Assembly (NCBI GenBank): GCA_965112735.1
Contig: OZ218961.1
Span: 1,612,001 to 1,676,000, forward strand
Source of the DNA: Phaeosaccion multiseriatum
Taxonomy: Eukaryota; Protista; Ochrophyta, other classes
Direction: 5' to 3'
Length of the DNA: 64,000 nucleotides
The position numbers were made by a program, and so were the translations under genes. How positions within the stretch are numbered: position 1 is the stretch's first letter; the number at the start of each line of letters is the position of its first letter. Shown in pieces: positions 1 to 11,310 of the stretch. Under the pieces are notes generated by a model. The model made no database searches and had not been told where the DNA came from. It saw only the letters and a list, made by a program, of their open reading frames with translations.

Positions 1-158
1 AGGGGTTCTTATCCTATGTAGAGCGTGTATTAGCTTTCCATATCAATCTCACTTTCCTATCTATCCTCCTCCTGCGACATGCCGTTCATATGAAGCTCGA
101 GTTCCCCAAATGGCGACAATCCGGATTCGAACATACCAAACACCTTTGAGACTCCACA
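1..158 (-). mobile_element. Partial LTR running off the window, same family as the solo LTR at 59894-60103, opposite orientation
   Basis: 1-158 is the reverse complement (roughly 90% by eye) of 59894-60050. It ends ...CTCCACA (TGTGGAG on minus) directly against satellite ATCTGAG. Confidence 0.8.
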
Positions 159-941
159 ATCTGAGATCCCACTTGGCGCTGTTGTGGCAATGTCGTATCT
201 GTGTTGGGCCTATGGTGCTGAGCCAATGCCTGGACTGGGCATGTTGTGACCAGCAAACGCGTCGTTCGGGCTGTGTGTGCCTACCAAATATGCCAAATGC
301 CGGCTTTGGGCGTCTTTGCCGACAGATTGGGCCATTTGAGCCTATCTGAGATCCCACTTGGCGCTGTTGTGGCAATGTCGTATCTGTGTTGGGCCTATGG
401 TGCTGAGCCAATGCCTGGACTGGGCATGTTGTGACCAGCAAACGCGTCGTTCGGGCTGTGTGTGCCCCCCAAATGCCGGCTTTGGGCGTCTTTGCCGACA
501 GATTGGGCCATTTGAGCCTATCTGAGATCCCACTTGGCGCTGTTGTGGCAATGTCGTATCTGTGTTGGGCCTATGGTGCTGAGCCAATGCCTGGACTGGG
601 CATGTTGTGACCAGCAAACGCGTCGTTCGGGCTGTGTGTGCCTACCAAATATGCCAAATGCCGGCTTTGGGCGTCTTTGCCGACAGATTGGGCCATTTGA
701 GCCTATCTGACATCCCACTTGGCGCTGTTGTGGCAATGTCGTATCTGTGTTGGGCCTATGGTGCTGAGCCAATGCCTGGACTGGGCATGTTGTGACCAGC
801 AAACGCGTCGTTCGGGCTGTGTGTGCCTACCAAATATGCCAAATGCCGGCTTTGGGCGTCTTTGCCGACAGATTGGGCCATTTGAGCCTATCTGAGATCC
901 CACTTGGCGCTGTTGTGGCAATGTCGTATCTGTGTTGGGCC
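159..941 (+). repeat. 185/176-bp satellite, block 1 (~4 monomers)
   Basis: Head-to-tail monomers ATCTGAGATCCCACTTGGCG...GGGCCATTTGAGCCT, period 185 or 176. Confidence 0.99.
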
Positions 942-944
942 GGC

Positions 945-3900
945 CACTACTGTAAAAGAGGAGGCGACGCGAGTACGGCGTCGCAAGAGTTGTAGCAAGT
1001 GCCGAAGAGCTCAGCGCGGTGAGAAGGACAGCGAAGGGGCGGAGCAGCCCAGCAGTCCACCGCGCGAAGGAGACGGCAGCGACAGCAAAAGTTTCCGGGG
1101 GACGCCGCTCTACGAGAAGGGGATCCGGGACTTTCTACGAGGCGTATCTTTTCAGATCAGCCGTATTTTGTGGTCTGGAGAGGAGGCACCGCAAGTTCAG
1201 CGTTGAGAGTCGTCACAAGTATTTCAGTGCTCAGCACGGTAAGGGCAGCATGGGGCAGCCCAGCAGTCACGAGCATGCGGGCGGTGGTTCGAGTGTCGAA
1301 GGCAATTGCCACTCTAGGTGGGGTTTTCACCGCCCACACATGGACCAAGACGACGATGGGGGATAGAGAGTACAGCAGAAGGCAGCGCCGCATCAGCGGG
1401 CTGCGATGCGACGTGCAGTACGACAGATGATGGGAGTGGCGTAGCAGCTCCAAGTACAGCAGCAGAAGGCAGCGCCGCAGCAGCGGGCTGCGATGCGACG
1501 TGCAGTACGACAGATGATGGGAGTGGCGCAGCAGCTCCAAGTACAGCAGCAGAAGGCAGCGCCGCAGCAGCGGGCTGAGATGCGACGTGCAGTACGACGA
1601 TGATGGAGGTGGCGCAGCAGCTCCAAGTACAGCAGCAGAAGGCAGCGCCGCAGCAGCGGGCTGCGATGCGACGTGCAGTACGACAGATGATGGGAGTGGC
1701 GCAGCAGCTCCAAGTACAGCAGCAGAAGGCAGCGCCGCAGCAGCGGGCTGCGATGCGACGTGCAGTACGACAGATGATGGGAGTGGCGCAGCAGCTCCAA
1801 GTACAGCAGCAGAAGGCAGCGCCGCAGCAGCGGGCTGCGATGCGACGTGCAGTACGACAGATGATGGGAGTGGCGCAGCAGCTCCAAGTACAGCAGCAGA
1901 AGGCAGCGCCGCAGCAGCGGGCTGCGATGCGACGTGCAGTACGACAGATGATGGGAGTGGCGCAGCAGCTCCAAGTACAGCAGCAGAAGGCAGCGCCGCA
2001 GCAGCGGGCTGCGATGCGACGTGCAGTACGAGAGATGATGGGAGTGGCGCAGCAGCTCCAAGTACAGCAGCAGAAGGCAGCGCCGCAGCAGCGGGCTGCG
2101 ATGCGACGTGCAGTACGACAGATGATGGGAGTGGCGCAGCAGCTCCAAGTACAGCAGCAGAAGGCAGCGCCGCAGCAGCGGGCTGCGATGCGACGTGCAG
2201 TATGACAGATGATGGGAGTGGCGCAGCAGCTCCAAGTACAGCAGCAGAAGGCAGCGCCGCAGCAGCGGGCTGCGATGCGACGTGCAGTACGAGAGATGAT
2301 GGAAGTGGCGCAGCAGCTCCAAGTACAGCAGCATGAGGCAGCGCGGCAGCAGCGGGCAGCGATGCGACGTGCAGTACGAGAGACGATGGAAGTGGCGCAA
2401 CAGTTCCAAGTGCAGCAGCACAAGGCAACGGAACAGCTGGAAGTAGGGCAGCCATCCGACGGCAGTGGAACAGCGGGCTGCGAAGGTACAGCAGTATGCT
2501 GCACAGCAGCAGCCCGAAGCATGGCAGCAGCAGAAGGCAGTGTAGCAGCGGGCTGCGATGCAGCGTGCAGTGCAGCAGCTGGAAGTGTCGCAGCAGCTCG
2601 AAGTTCCGCAGCGGAAGGCAGTACAGCAGCCCGAAGCAGGGCAGCCGCCTAAAGGATAGCATCCGAGACAGTGGAATAGCGGGCTGCGAAGGTACACAGT
2701 ATGAAGTACAGCAGCAGTGCAGCAGCGGGCGGCGAGGCAACACGCACTAAAGCAGCTGGAAGCAGGGCAGCAGCGCGAGATAGCAGAGGCCGGAGGCAGC
2801 GCAGCAGCACTAAGCAGAGCAGAACGTAGGCAGCGGCGGCTGCGAAACGACACGTAGTACAGCAGTAGACAGCAGCGCAGCATCGATCTGCGAGGCAACG
2901 TGCGGTGCAGCAGTATGCAATGAAGCGGCTGGACACAGCAGTCCCTTCATGGCAGCGGAAGGCAGTGCAGCCGCTGGAAGCGGGGCAGCAGATGCAGGTA
3001 GGGCAGCAGCTCGTAGAGTTACTGCAGAAGGCAGTCAACAGCGGGCAGGCGAAGCGAAACGTAGATCAGCATCGGGCAGGCCGAAGATGGAGTGCCGGGC
3101 AGAGCAGAAGCTAGAGGCAGCGTAGCGGCAGGCAGCGCAGCAGCGCGCAGTACCGGGGAAGGCAGCGCAACAGCAGACCGTCCAGCATCAGGCGCTAAGC
3201 AACCGCAGAAAGACGGAACCAGCGCGACAGTAGGCAGCGAGGCAACGTGCAGCATAGCAGCAGCTGAAGGCAGTGAGCAGCCGGAGGCAGTGCAGCGGTA
3301 AGGCGGCGCCGCAACAGGTGGCGAGCAGCAGATAGCGCGACAGTTTACAGCCTAGTAGCGGCAGGCAGCGCAACGTCAGGCAGAGCAGCAAGTGGCAGCG
3401 CAACAGGAGCCGGTGCGGCAGCAGACACTGAAGCAGCACACCGCGCAGCCGCAGGCGGCGCAGGAGGAGGCAGCGGAGCAGCAGGCAGCGCCGCAGAAGG
3501 CAGAGCTGCAGCAGGCAGCGGAGCAGCAGGCAGCGCCGCAGAAGGCAGAGCTGCAACAGGCAGCGAAGCAGCAGGCAGTACAGCAACCGCCAGTGAAACA
3601 GCAGGCAGCGCAGCAGCGGGCGGCGCAGCAGTAGGCGGCGCAGCAGTAGGCGGTTAGCCGCAGAAGGCCGCGCAACAGCAGGCAGGGCAGGAGTAGGCAG
3701 CACAGCTGCATGAGGAGCGCAGCAGGCTGGCAGTGCGACAGCGGCAGGACCCCCGCAGAGGGCAGCGTAGCAACGGCTGGCAATGCGACAGTAGGCAGCG
3801 TAGCATCACCGCAGCTGAGCAGTAGACAGTGTAGCAGCGGACAATGTAGCGTCGGGCAACAAGGCAGCAGGTTAGCACGGCACCTCTTCAGATCGGCGGC

Positions 3901-4771
3901 AAGGACCATCGCGGCGAAGGACTTCTCGGACGCCCAGGTCCAGCGATAGGGACCATGGAAGAGCAACTGCTTCATCGTCTACATCCGCCAGAACTCGACG
4001 GAGTCAACTGAGGTAACGAATACGCTGGCCATGAGCGAGGGAATCGGTGCCGTAGGAGTTGGGGGCCAGAGGGGAGACTAGGGGAGAAGGGGGGGAAGGA
4101 GACATGAGATTTCAAGCGGGTGTAGTTGGGAGTAGGGGCGAGGCAGACGCGTCTGCCCGCCCTGCTTTGGCACCCCCTGGAAATCGCATTTACCCCCCCT
4201 TACACAATATAAACAATTATAAGTATTAGCAGTTAGCCTGACTGAGCGAGAGAGCGCTCGAGGGGAAGGCATGGGCAGTACTAGATGTCAGGACGTAGTG
4301 GACTGAAAAAGTAGTTTTCGAGCAGAGCGAGTTTACGAGTCGATAGTATCGAAAACGTATTTTCGGGAAACGGGGAGGACTGGCAGTCACAGAAAAAATG
4401 GATGGAGGCAAGGGCACGCCGCGCCGACCGACGCGAGGGCCCAATGGCCCGTGCGGCCACGTATGACGCTCAGCCCACCGGGGTAGAGCAAGAATTTAGC
4501 ATTCACTACTGTAAAAGAGGAGGCGACGCGAGTACGGCGTCGCAAGAGTTGTAGCAAGTGCCGAAGAGCTCAGCGCGGTGAGAAGGACAGCGAAGGGGCG
4601 GAGCAGCCCAGCAGTCCACCGCGCGAAGGAGACGGCAGCGACAGCAAAAGTTTCCCCACCCGCCCGGCCCGGGGGGACGAGTGGGATTATCGGGAATCCA
4701 ACGGGGTGGATGGGAGTAGGGGCGAGGCAGACGCGTCTGCCCGCCCTGCTTTGGCACCCCCTGGAAATCGC
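945..4771 (+). mobile_element. Non-autonomous element with split direct repeats (A1-internal-B1-gap-A2-spacer-B2), probably TOC1/Ngaro-type and terminally eroded
   Basis: A: 945-1096 = 4504-4655 (152 bp). B: 4127-4187 = 4711-4771 (61 bp). The spacer begins CCACCCGCCC, as in the other split-repeat elements here. No TSD and no recognisable enzyme ORF. Confidence 0.65.
1370..2420 (+). repeat. 87-bp minisatellite, ~12 copies, decaying into CAG-rich low-complexity sequence to ~3870
   Basis: The ATGATGG(G/A)AGTGGCG-type unit recurs at 1427, 1514, 1600, 1687, 1774, 1861, 1948, 2035, 2122, 2209, 2296 and ~2383. Confidence 0.95.
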
Positions 4772-4776
4772 TACTA

Positions 4777-7700
4777 GGCCATTTGAGCCTTGAGCCTATC
4801 TCAGATCCCACTTGGCGCTGTTGTGGCAATGTCGTATCTGTGTTGGGCCTATGGTGCTGAGCCAATGCCTGGACTGGGCATGTTGTGACCAGCAAACGCG
4901 TCGTTCGGGCTGTGTGTGCCTACCAAATATGCCAAATGCCGGCTTTGGGCGTCTTTGCCGACAGATTGGGCCATTTGAGCCTATCTGAGATCCCACTTGG
5001 CGCTGTTGTGGCAATGTCGTATCTGTGTTGGGCCTATGGTGCTGAGCCAATGCCTGGACTGGGCATGTTGTGACCAGCAAACGCGTCGTTCGGGCTGTGT
5101 GTGCCTACCAAATATGCCAAATGCCGGCTTTGGGCGTCTTTGCCGACAGATTGGGCCATTTGAGCCTATCTGAGATCCCACTTGGCGCTGTTGTGGCAAT
5201 GTCGTATCTGTGTTGGGCCTATGGTGCTGAGCCAATGCCTGGACTGGGCATGTTGTGACCAGCAAACGCGTCGTTCGGGCTGTGTGTGCCTACCAAATAT
5301 GCCAAATGCCGGCTTTGGGCGTCTTTGCCGACAGATTGGGCCATTTGAGCCTATCTGAGATCCCACTTGGCGCTGTTGTGGCAATGTCGTATCTGTGTTG
5401 GGCCTATGGTGCTGAGCCAATGCCTGGACTGGGCATGTTGTGACCAGCAAACGCGTCGTTCGGGCTGTGTGTGCCTACCAAATATGCCAAATGCCGGCTT
5501 TGGGCGTCTTTGCCGACAGATTGGGCCATTTGAGCCTATCTGAGATCCCACTTGGCGCTGTTGTGGCAATGTCGTATCTGTGTTGGGCCTATGGTGCTGA
5601 GCCACTGCCTGGACTGGGCATGTTGTGACCAGCAAACGCGTCGTTCGGGCTGTGTGTGCCTACCAAATATGCCAAATGCCGGCTTTGGGCGTCTTTGCCG
5701 ACAGATTGGGCCATTTGAGCCTATCTGAGATCCCACTTGGCGCTGTTGTGGCAATGTCGTATCTGTGTTGGGCCTATGGTGCTGAGCCAATGCCTGGACT
5801 GGGCATGTTGTGACCAGCAAACGCGTCGTTCGGGCTGTGTGTGCCTACCAAATATGCCAAATGCCGGCTTTGGGCGTCTTTGCCGACAGATTGGGCCATT
5901 TGAGCCTATCTGAGATCCCACTTGGCGCTGTTGTGGCAATGTCGTATCTGTGTTGGGCCTATGGTGCTGAGCCAATGCCTGGACTGGGCATGTTGTGACC
6001 AGCAAACGCGTCGTTCGGGCTGTGTGTGCCTACCAAATATGCCAAATGCCGGCTTTGGGCGTCTTTGCCGACAGATTGGGCCATTTGAGCCTATCTGAGA
6101 TCCCACTTGGCGCTGTTGTGGCAATGTCGTATCTGTGTTGGGCCTATGGTGCTGAGCCAATGCCTGGACTGGGCATGTTGTGACCAGCAAACGCGTCGTT
6201 CGGGCTGTGTGTGCCTACCAAATATGCCAAATGCCGGCTTTGGGCGTCTTTGCCGACAGATTGGGCCATTTGAGCCTATCTGAGATCCCACTTGGCGCTG
6301 TTGTGGCAATGTCGTATCTGTGTTGGGCCTATGGTGCTGAGCCAATGCCTGGACTGGGCATGTTGTGACCAGCAAACGCGTCGTTCGGGCTGTGTGTGCC
6401 CCCCAAATGCGGGCTTTGGGCGTCTTTGCCGACAGATTGGGCCATTTGAGCCTATCTGAGATCCCACTTGGCGCTGTTGTGGCAATGTCGTATCTGTGTT
6501 GGGCCTATGGTGCTGAGCCAATGCCTGGACTGGGCATGTTGTGACCAGCAAACGCGTCGTTCGGGCTGTGTGTGCCTACCAAATGTGCCAAATGCCGGCT
6601 TTGGGCGTCTTTGCCGACAGATTGGGCCATTTGAGCCTATCTGAGATCCCACGTGGCGCTGTTGTGGCAATGTCGTATCTGTGTTGGGCCTATGGTGCTG
6701 AGCCAATGCCTGGACTGGGCATGTTGTGACCAGCAAACGCGTCGTTCGGGCTGTGTGTGCCTACCAAATATGCCAAATGCCGGCTTTGGGCGTCTTTGCC
6801 GACAGATTGGGCCATTTGAGCCTATCTGAGATCCCACTTGGCGCTGTTGTGGCAATGTCGTATCTGTGTTGGGCCTATGGTGCTGAGCCAATGCCTGGAC
6901 TGGGCATGTTGTGACCAGCAAACGCGTCGTTCGGGCTGTGTGTGCCTACCAAATATGCCAAATGCCGGCTTTGGGCGTCTTTGCCGACAGATTGGGCCAT
7001 TTGAGCCTATCTGAGATCCCACTTGGCGCTGTTGTGGCAATGTCGTATCTGTGTTGGGCCTATGGTGCTGAGCCAATGCCTGGACTGGGCATGTTGTGAC
7101 CAGCAAACGCGTCGTTCGGGCTGTGTGTGCCTACCAAATATGCCAAATGCCGGCTTTGGGCGTCTTTGCCGACAGATTGGGCCATTTGAGCCTATCTGAG
7201 ATCCCACTTGGCGCTGTTGTGGCAATGTCGTATCTGTGTTGGGCCTATGGTGCTGAGCCAATGCCTGGACTGGGAATGTTGTGACCAGCAAACGCGTCGT
7301 TCGGGCTGTGTGTGCCTACCAAATATGCCAAATGCCGGCTTTGGGCGTCTTTGCCGACAGATTGGGCCATTTGAGCCTATCTGAGATCCCACTTGGCGCT
7401 GTTGTGGCAATGTCGTATCTGTGTTGGGCCTATGGTGCTGAGCCAATGCCTGGACTGGGCATGTTGTGACCAGCAAACGCGTCGTTCGGGCTGTGTGTGC
7501 CTACCAAATATGCCAAATGCCGGCTTTGGGCGTCTTTGCCGACAGATTGGGCCATTTGAGCCTATCTGAGATCCCACTTGGCGCTGTTGTGGCAATGTCG
7601 TATCTGTGTTGGGCCTATGGTGCTGAGCCAATGCCTGGACTGGGCATGTTGTGACCAGCAAACGCGTCGTTCGGGCTGTGTGTGCCTACCAAATATGCCA

Positions 7701-7831
7701 AATGCCGGCTTTGGGCGTCTTTGCCGACAGATTGGGCCATTTGAGCCTATCTGAGATCCCACTTGGCGCTGTTGTGGCAATGTCGTATCTGTGTTGGGCC
7801 TATGGTGCTGAGCCAATGCCTGGACTGGGCA
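4777..7831 (+). repeat. 185/176-bp satellite, block 2 (~16 monomers, nearly all 185-mers)
   Basis: Period 185, with a single 176-mer near 6400. Confidence 0.99.
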
Positions 7832-8017
7832 TGTTGTGATGAGCATCGCCAGTTGTGACTGAGCACTATATCGACGTACAATATCGATGTGAATATCGAT
7901 ATTCATGTATGGCCACGGCCATCACTTCCTTGAACGCATCTCTCAGTAGGTATTATTAATACACGAGTTGACACTACTCTAGCTTGTCCCTGTCATCGTA
8001 GAGGAGATATCGCAACA
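7832..8017 (+). repeat. copia 5' LTR
   Basis: TG...CA termini, 8/9 terminal inverted repeat, matches 12685-12870. Confidence 0.95.
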
Positions 8018-8130
8018 CGACAGCTGTCGCGACACTTCACAGCTAGCTGGTTCTACGTAGTCGGCGACGGCACACAGGCGAGTTTTGGTCGGATAACTCA
8101 AGTGAGAGAGAAGGAGTCCTTTCGTTAGCC

Positions 8131-11100
8131 ATGCCAGGCGCGGAAGAAGAAGGCGTTGAAAAGGCGGACGCAGCGGCGCCCGTCAGTGCGAGTTCCGCGA
8201 TAGAAGGAGACGCACAGCAGCAGATGGCTGCAATGATGCAAAAGATGATATCGGCAGAGTTTGCCAAACACATCACACAGCAAGGAGTGCCCACGGCAGC
8301 GGCCGCAGCACCAGTCACTATTTCCTCAGTCGGAGGAACAGTGACCCCCAGCGGGGGGGGGAGTACAGCACAGCAGCTGCTAGAACTCACGTTCAAGCCG
8401 AAGAACAATGAGTTTGACAAGAAGTTGGAATCGGAGGGAGTGATGCCTCTCTTGCGATTTATGCGAGCGGTCACGGATCACATAGGGGGGATGGGGGCAA
8501 AGGCATTCTTGGTGGATAGTGATAAGATCCCCAACGCAGACGACGCCTCCCGGGACTCTAAGTATGCCCTGACGTTCAGTCTGTACCAACAGACGGGCCT
8601 CAAGATTTTGGAGGCCATTCCCTCGGACATGAGGGATGCCATAGAAGAACGCACTCGCACAGCGCGGTTCCAAGTGGACCTGGTACTATTGATGCAGGCA
8701 ATCAAGGAGGCAGTGATGGGGAGCACGCAGTCACAGCGACAAGAGTTTCTCACCTCCGAGATGCACGATCTGAGGCCAGGGGTGGGGGAGACGGGACTTG
8801 CCTACCTCAACAAGTTTCTCCAACTCAACGTGTTGATGACGGAGGAGCAGCTTCCTATGTCCTACTCCATCATCAAGGACAAGTTCCTCAGGCGTATGGG
8901 GCAGAGATGGGAGTCGTTTGGCCAAGTGCACGGTCATTCGGTAGCGACAGAGGACGAGTTTAATCGGTTCAAACAGCAAGCGCAGCGGTTTGACAGTGAC
9001 CTTCAAGCGCAAGCGAGGGAGGCGGGAGAGGACCTTGAGCGGGGCCTTTTCCACATTTTCCAGCAAAAGCAGAAGACACAGCAACCAGCAGGGGGGGGTA
9101 GACAGACCACCACAGGGGCAGGAGAGAAAGATCGGTCCAACACACGCTGTTACAGGTGTGGGAGAAAGGGGCACATGCGGACGACGTGTCCGTCCAAGGA
9201 GGAGCTGTGTTTCAACTGCCACAAGCCGGGGCACCAGCGTGCAGACTGCCCAAACAGCAGGAAGAAGAAAGATGGCGAGCATGTGGAAGGCTCCACCAGC
9301 GCCATTTTCAGCATTCCGTGGACGCTACAGGAGAGGGGGAGCGGCCATTCTCTCTACCATATGTCCAAGCTGAAGTCGGGGGCGGATGGCACACGGCAGG
9401 GGCTCGCAGACAGCGGATCGGCGCTCAATGTGTGGCCCAACTTGGATGGACTGTACGATTTCTGCGCTCATCAGAGTTTAGTGCAACTCGCAGACGGCAA
9501 GTCGCACGCGCCGATAATGGGCAAAGGGAAGGTGAACATCAGCTACGTCTCCAACGACGGCAAAAGAGGACTGAAGGGGCTGGAGGTAGTGGTGTCGCCA
9601 GACGTACCTTTCTGCATTTTTGCAGAGAAGAACCTCTCAGACCTACTGGGGGGGAGCGCAAGGCCAGCGGGGAAGCCAGTCTATTTCGGCCCCTCAGCAG
9701 ACGCACCAGAGACGGTGCACACGACGCAGGACCCAGAGCTGGGGCTTGACATGCTACAATTCAAGATCGAGGAGGCCACGGAGCAGTGGAGTGATTACAT
9801 GACTTACCACTGCAAGAACGGCCACCGCAACGATCAAGAACTACGGCGACAGGCCAAGCTGGAGGGCGTGACACTGTGCGGGAAGAGGGCGCCGTGCAAG
9901 ACTTGCGCAGAGGTGAAGATGACGAAGGCAGCTCAGAGTAAGCAGTTCATCGACTACCCCAAGGCACCGCTGGCACAGGTAACGCTCGACACCATTCCTC
10001 TCGAAGGAGAGCACGTGTTGCAGGCGTGCTGCCCGCACACGGGTATGGGCTGGTGCAGGAAGGTGGGGGGAAAGACGGAGGCGCACTTCCAGAGCGTGTA
10101 TGACGACCTCAACACCACAGTATTCATTCCAGGGGAGAGGACAGCGGGGTACAAGGTGCAGTGTCTGTCAGCAGACAACGGATCGGAGCTCATCAAGACG
10201 AAGGCAGCGAAGAAGATGCTCTACTCCCAGGGCATTGAGGTCAAGCTGACGGACCCTAATTGTCAAGCGCAGAACGGACTGAACGAGGCTCGACACAAGG
10301 AGCTGGCGCGAATGTCTATTCTTTTCATTGAGGAGGCGAAGCTGGAGGAGCACTCGAAGCAGCTGAGGTTCGTAGCGTACAAGTTGGCGCAGCTTCTCTA
10401 CAACACCAGGTGCAGGAGGGGGCAGCAGCAGTCCCCCTACGAGCTGTATTTCAAGCGCAAGCCTGACCTACAGCACCTACACATCTTCGGAGAGCAGGCG
10501 AAGGTGCGGGTGGGCAACAAGAAGCACAAGCAGTGGCACAACGACAAGACGCACTCGGCAGTGTACGTGGGACAGAGCCCCAACCACAGATCAGCCTGTC
10601 TCCTTTTCTACATCCCTTCACAGAAGCGGTTCATCTCCAGCTCGTCCTACACATTCGTGACGAACCGCAGACACGACGGCACGGTGTTCGGGAGTCACGT
10701 GGAGAAGGGGAAGCTACCAGAGACAGCGGAGAAGGAGGATGACAGCGAGGACGAGGACCAGCCCTCGAGCAGCGGGAGCAGCAGCAGGAGCAGCAGCAGG
10801 AGCAGCAGCAGTAGCGCGAGCGGGGGAGGTGGGGGCGGGACCAAGAGTGGAAACGTCACATGGAACACGAGATTAGAGGAGGCACAGCCAGCCCCACAGC
10901 AGCAGCAGACATCACGCTGGGAACAGGTTCTCACCCGAGAGTTCGTGGAGAAGTTACAACTCGAAGGAGAAGGCCTGGAGCGACGTCAGCACGCCGAGCG
11001 GCAACAGAGGAAGCAGACGGCAAAGCAGCAACAGAGAGAGCAGCAGAAACAGCAAGTAGCGCAGCATCAGGCAGAGCAGCAGCAGCATCAGGCAGAGCAG

Positions 11101-11274
11101 CAGCAGCAGCAGCAGGCAGAGCAGCAGCAGGAAGAGCCAACGCAGCAGGCTGAGCCGCCAGAGGGAGGCAAACTCTGGACATACGAGGTGGCCAAAGATG
11201 GCGACAAGGGAGCCAAGGAGCACGACTGGGGCCACGATCCCAGCATGGGCCGCACGCGTAGCGGCAAGCACTGA
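8131..11274 (+). CDS. gag-pol: copia Gag-protease-integrase polyprotein (1047 aa)
   Basis: Two CCHC knuckles (CYRCGRKGHMRTTC, CFNCHKPGHQRADC), protease LADSGS, integrase HHCC (HCKNGH...CKTC) and DDE core (LDT, ADNGSE, QNGLNEARH), PYEL...KPDL motif. Confidence 0.93.
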   Translation: MPGAEEEGVEKADAAAPVSASSAIEGDAQQQMAAMMQKMISAEFAKHITQQGVPTAAAAAPVTISSVGGTVTPSGGGSTAQQLLELTFKPKNNEFDKKLESEGVMPLLRFMRAVTDHIGGMGAKAFLVDSDKIPNADDASRDSKYALTFSLYQQTGLKILEAIPSDMRDAIEERTRTARFQVDLVLLMQAIKEAVMGSTQSQRQEFLTSEMHDLRPGVGETGLAYLNKFLQLNVLMTEEQLPMSYSIIKDKFLRRMGQRWESFGQVHGHSVATEDEFNRFKQQAQRFDSDLQAQAREAGEDLERGLFHIFQQKQKTQQPAGGGRQTTTGAGEKDRSNTRCYRCGRKGHMRTTCPSKEELCFNCHKPGHQRADCPNSRKKKDGEHVEGSTSAIFSIPWTLQERGSGHSLYHMSKLKSGADGTRQGLADSGSALNVWPNLDGLYDFCAHQSLVQLADGKSHAPIMGKGKVNISYVSNDGKRGLKGLEVVVSPDVPFCIFAEKNLSDLLGGSARPAGKPVYFGPSADAPETVHTTQDPELGLDMLQFKIEEATEQWSDYMTYHCKNGHRNDQELRRQAKLEGVTLCGKRAPCKTCAEVKMTKAAQSKQFIDYPKAPLAQVTLDTIPLEGEHVLQACCPHTGMGWCRKVGGKTEAHFQSVYDDLNTTVFIPGERTAGYKVQCLSADNGSELIKTKAAKKMLYSQGIEVKLTDPNCQAQNGLNEARHKELARMSILFIEEAKLEEHSKQLRFVAYKLAQLLYNTRCRRGQQQSPYELYFKRKPDLQHLHIFGEQAKVRVGNKKHKQWHNDKTHSAVYVGQSPNHRSACLLFYIPSQKRFISSSSYTFVTNRRHDGTVFGSHVEKGKLPETAEKEDDSEDEDQPSSSGSSSRSSSRSSSSSASGGGGGGTKSGNVTWNTRLEEAQPAPQQQQTSRWEQVLTREFVEKLQLEGEGLERRQHAERQQRKQTAKQQQREQQKQQVAQHQAEQQQHQAEQQQQQQAEQQQEEPTQQAEPPEGGKLWTYEVAKDGDKGAKEHDWGHDPSMGRTRSGKH

Positions 11275-11310
11275 CATGCTGTCTCCTCCATACTAGGCCC
11301 ACTCTTTCTG

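Noticed and set aside
159-343. Tandem 5S rRNA, spliced-leader RNA or hammerhead ribozyme array
   Set aside because: No recognisable 5S sequence. The dinoflagellate-SL-like words (GCCATTT, GGCTCAA) lie on opposite strands, and there is no CUGANGA/GAAA core. An Rfam scan would be definitive.
1157-2898. Long ORFs (528, 402 and 501 aa) over the 87-bp repeat
   Set aside because: Open in several frames on both strands because the unit is a stop-poor multiple of 3. No domain, and broken by a 1-bp indel and stops.
945-4777. CACTA transposon or Helitron (starts CACTAC; hairpin and CTAG at the right end)
   Set aside because: No matching TAGTG TIR or 3-bp TSD. The terminal sequences are direct repeats, and the hairpin is too far from CTAG with no A|T target.
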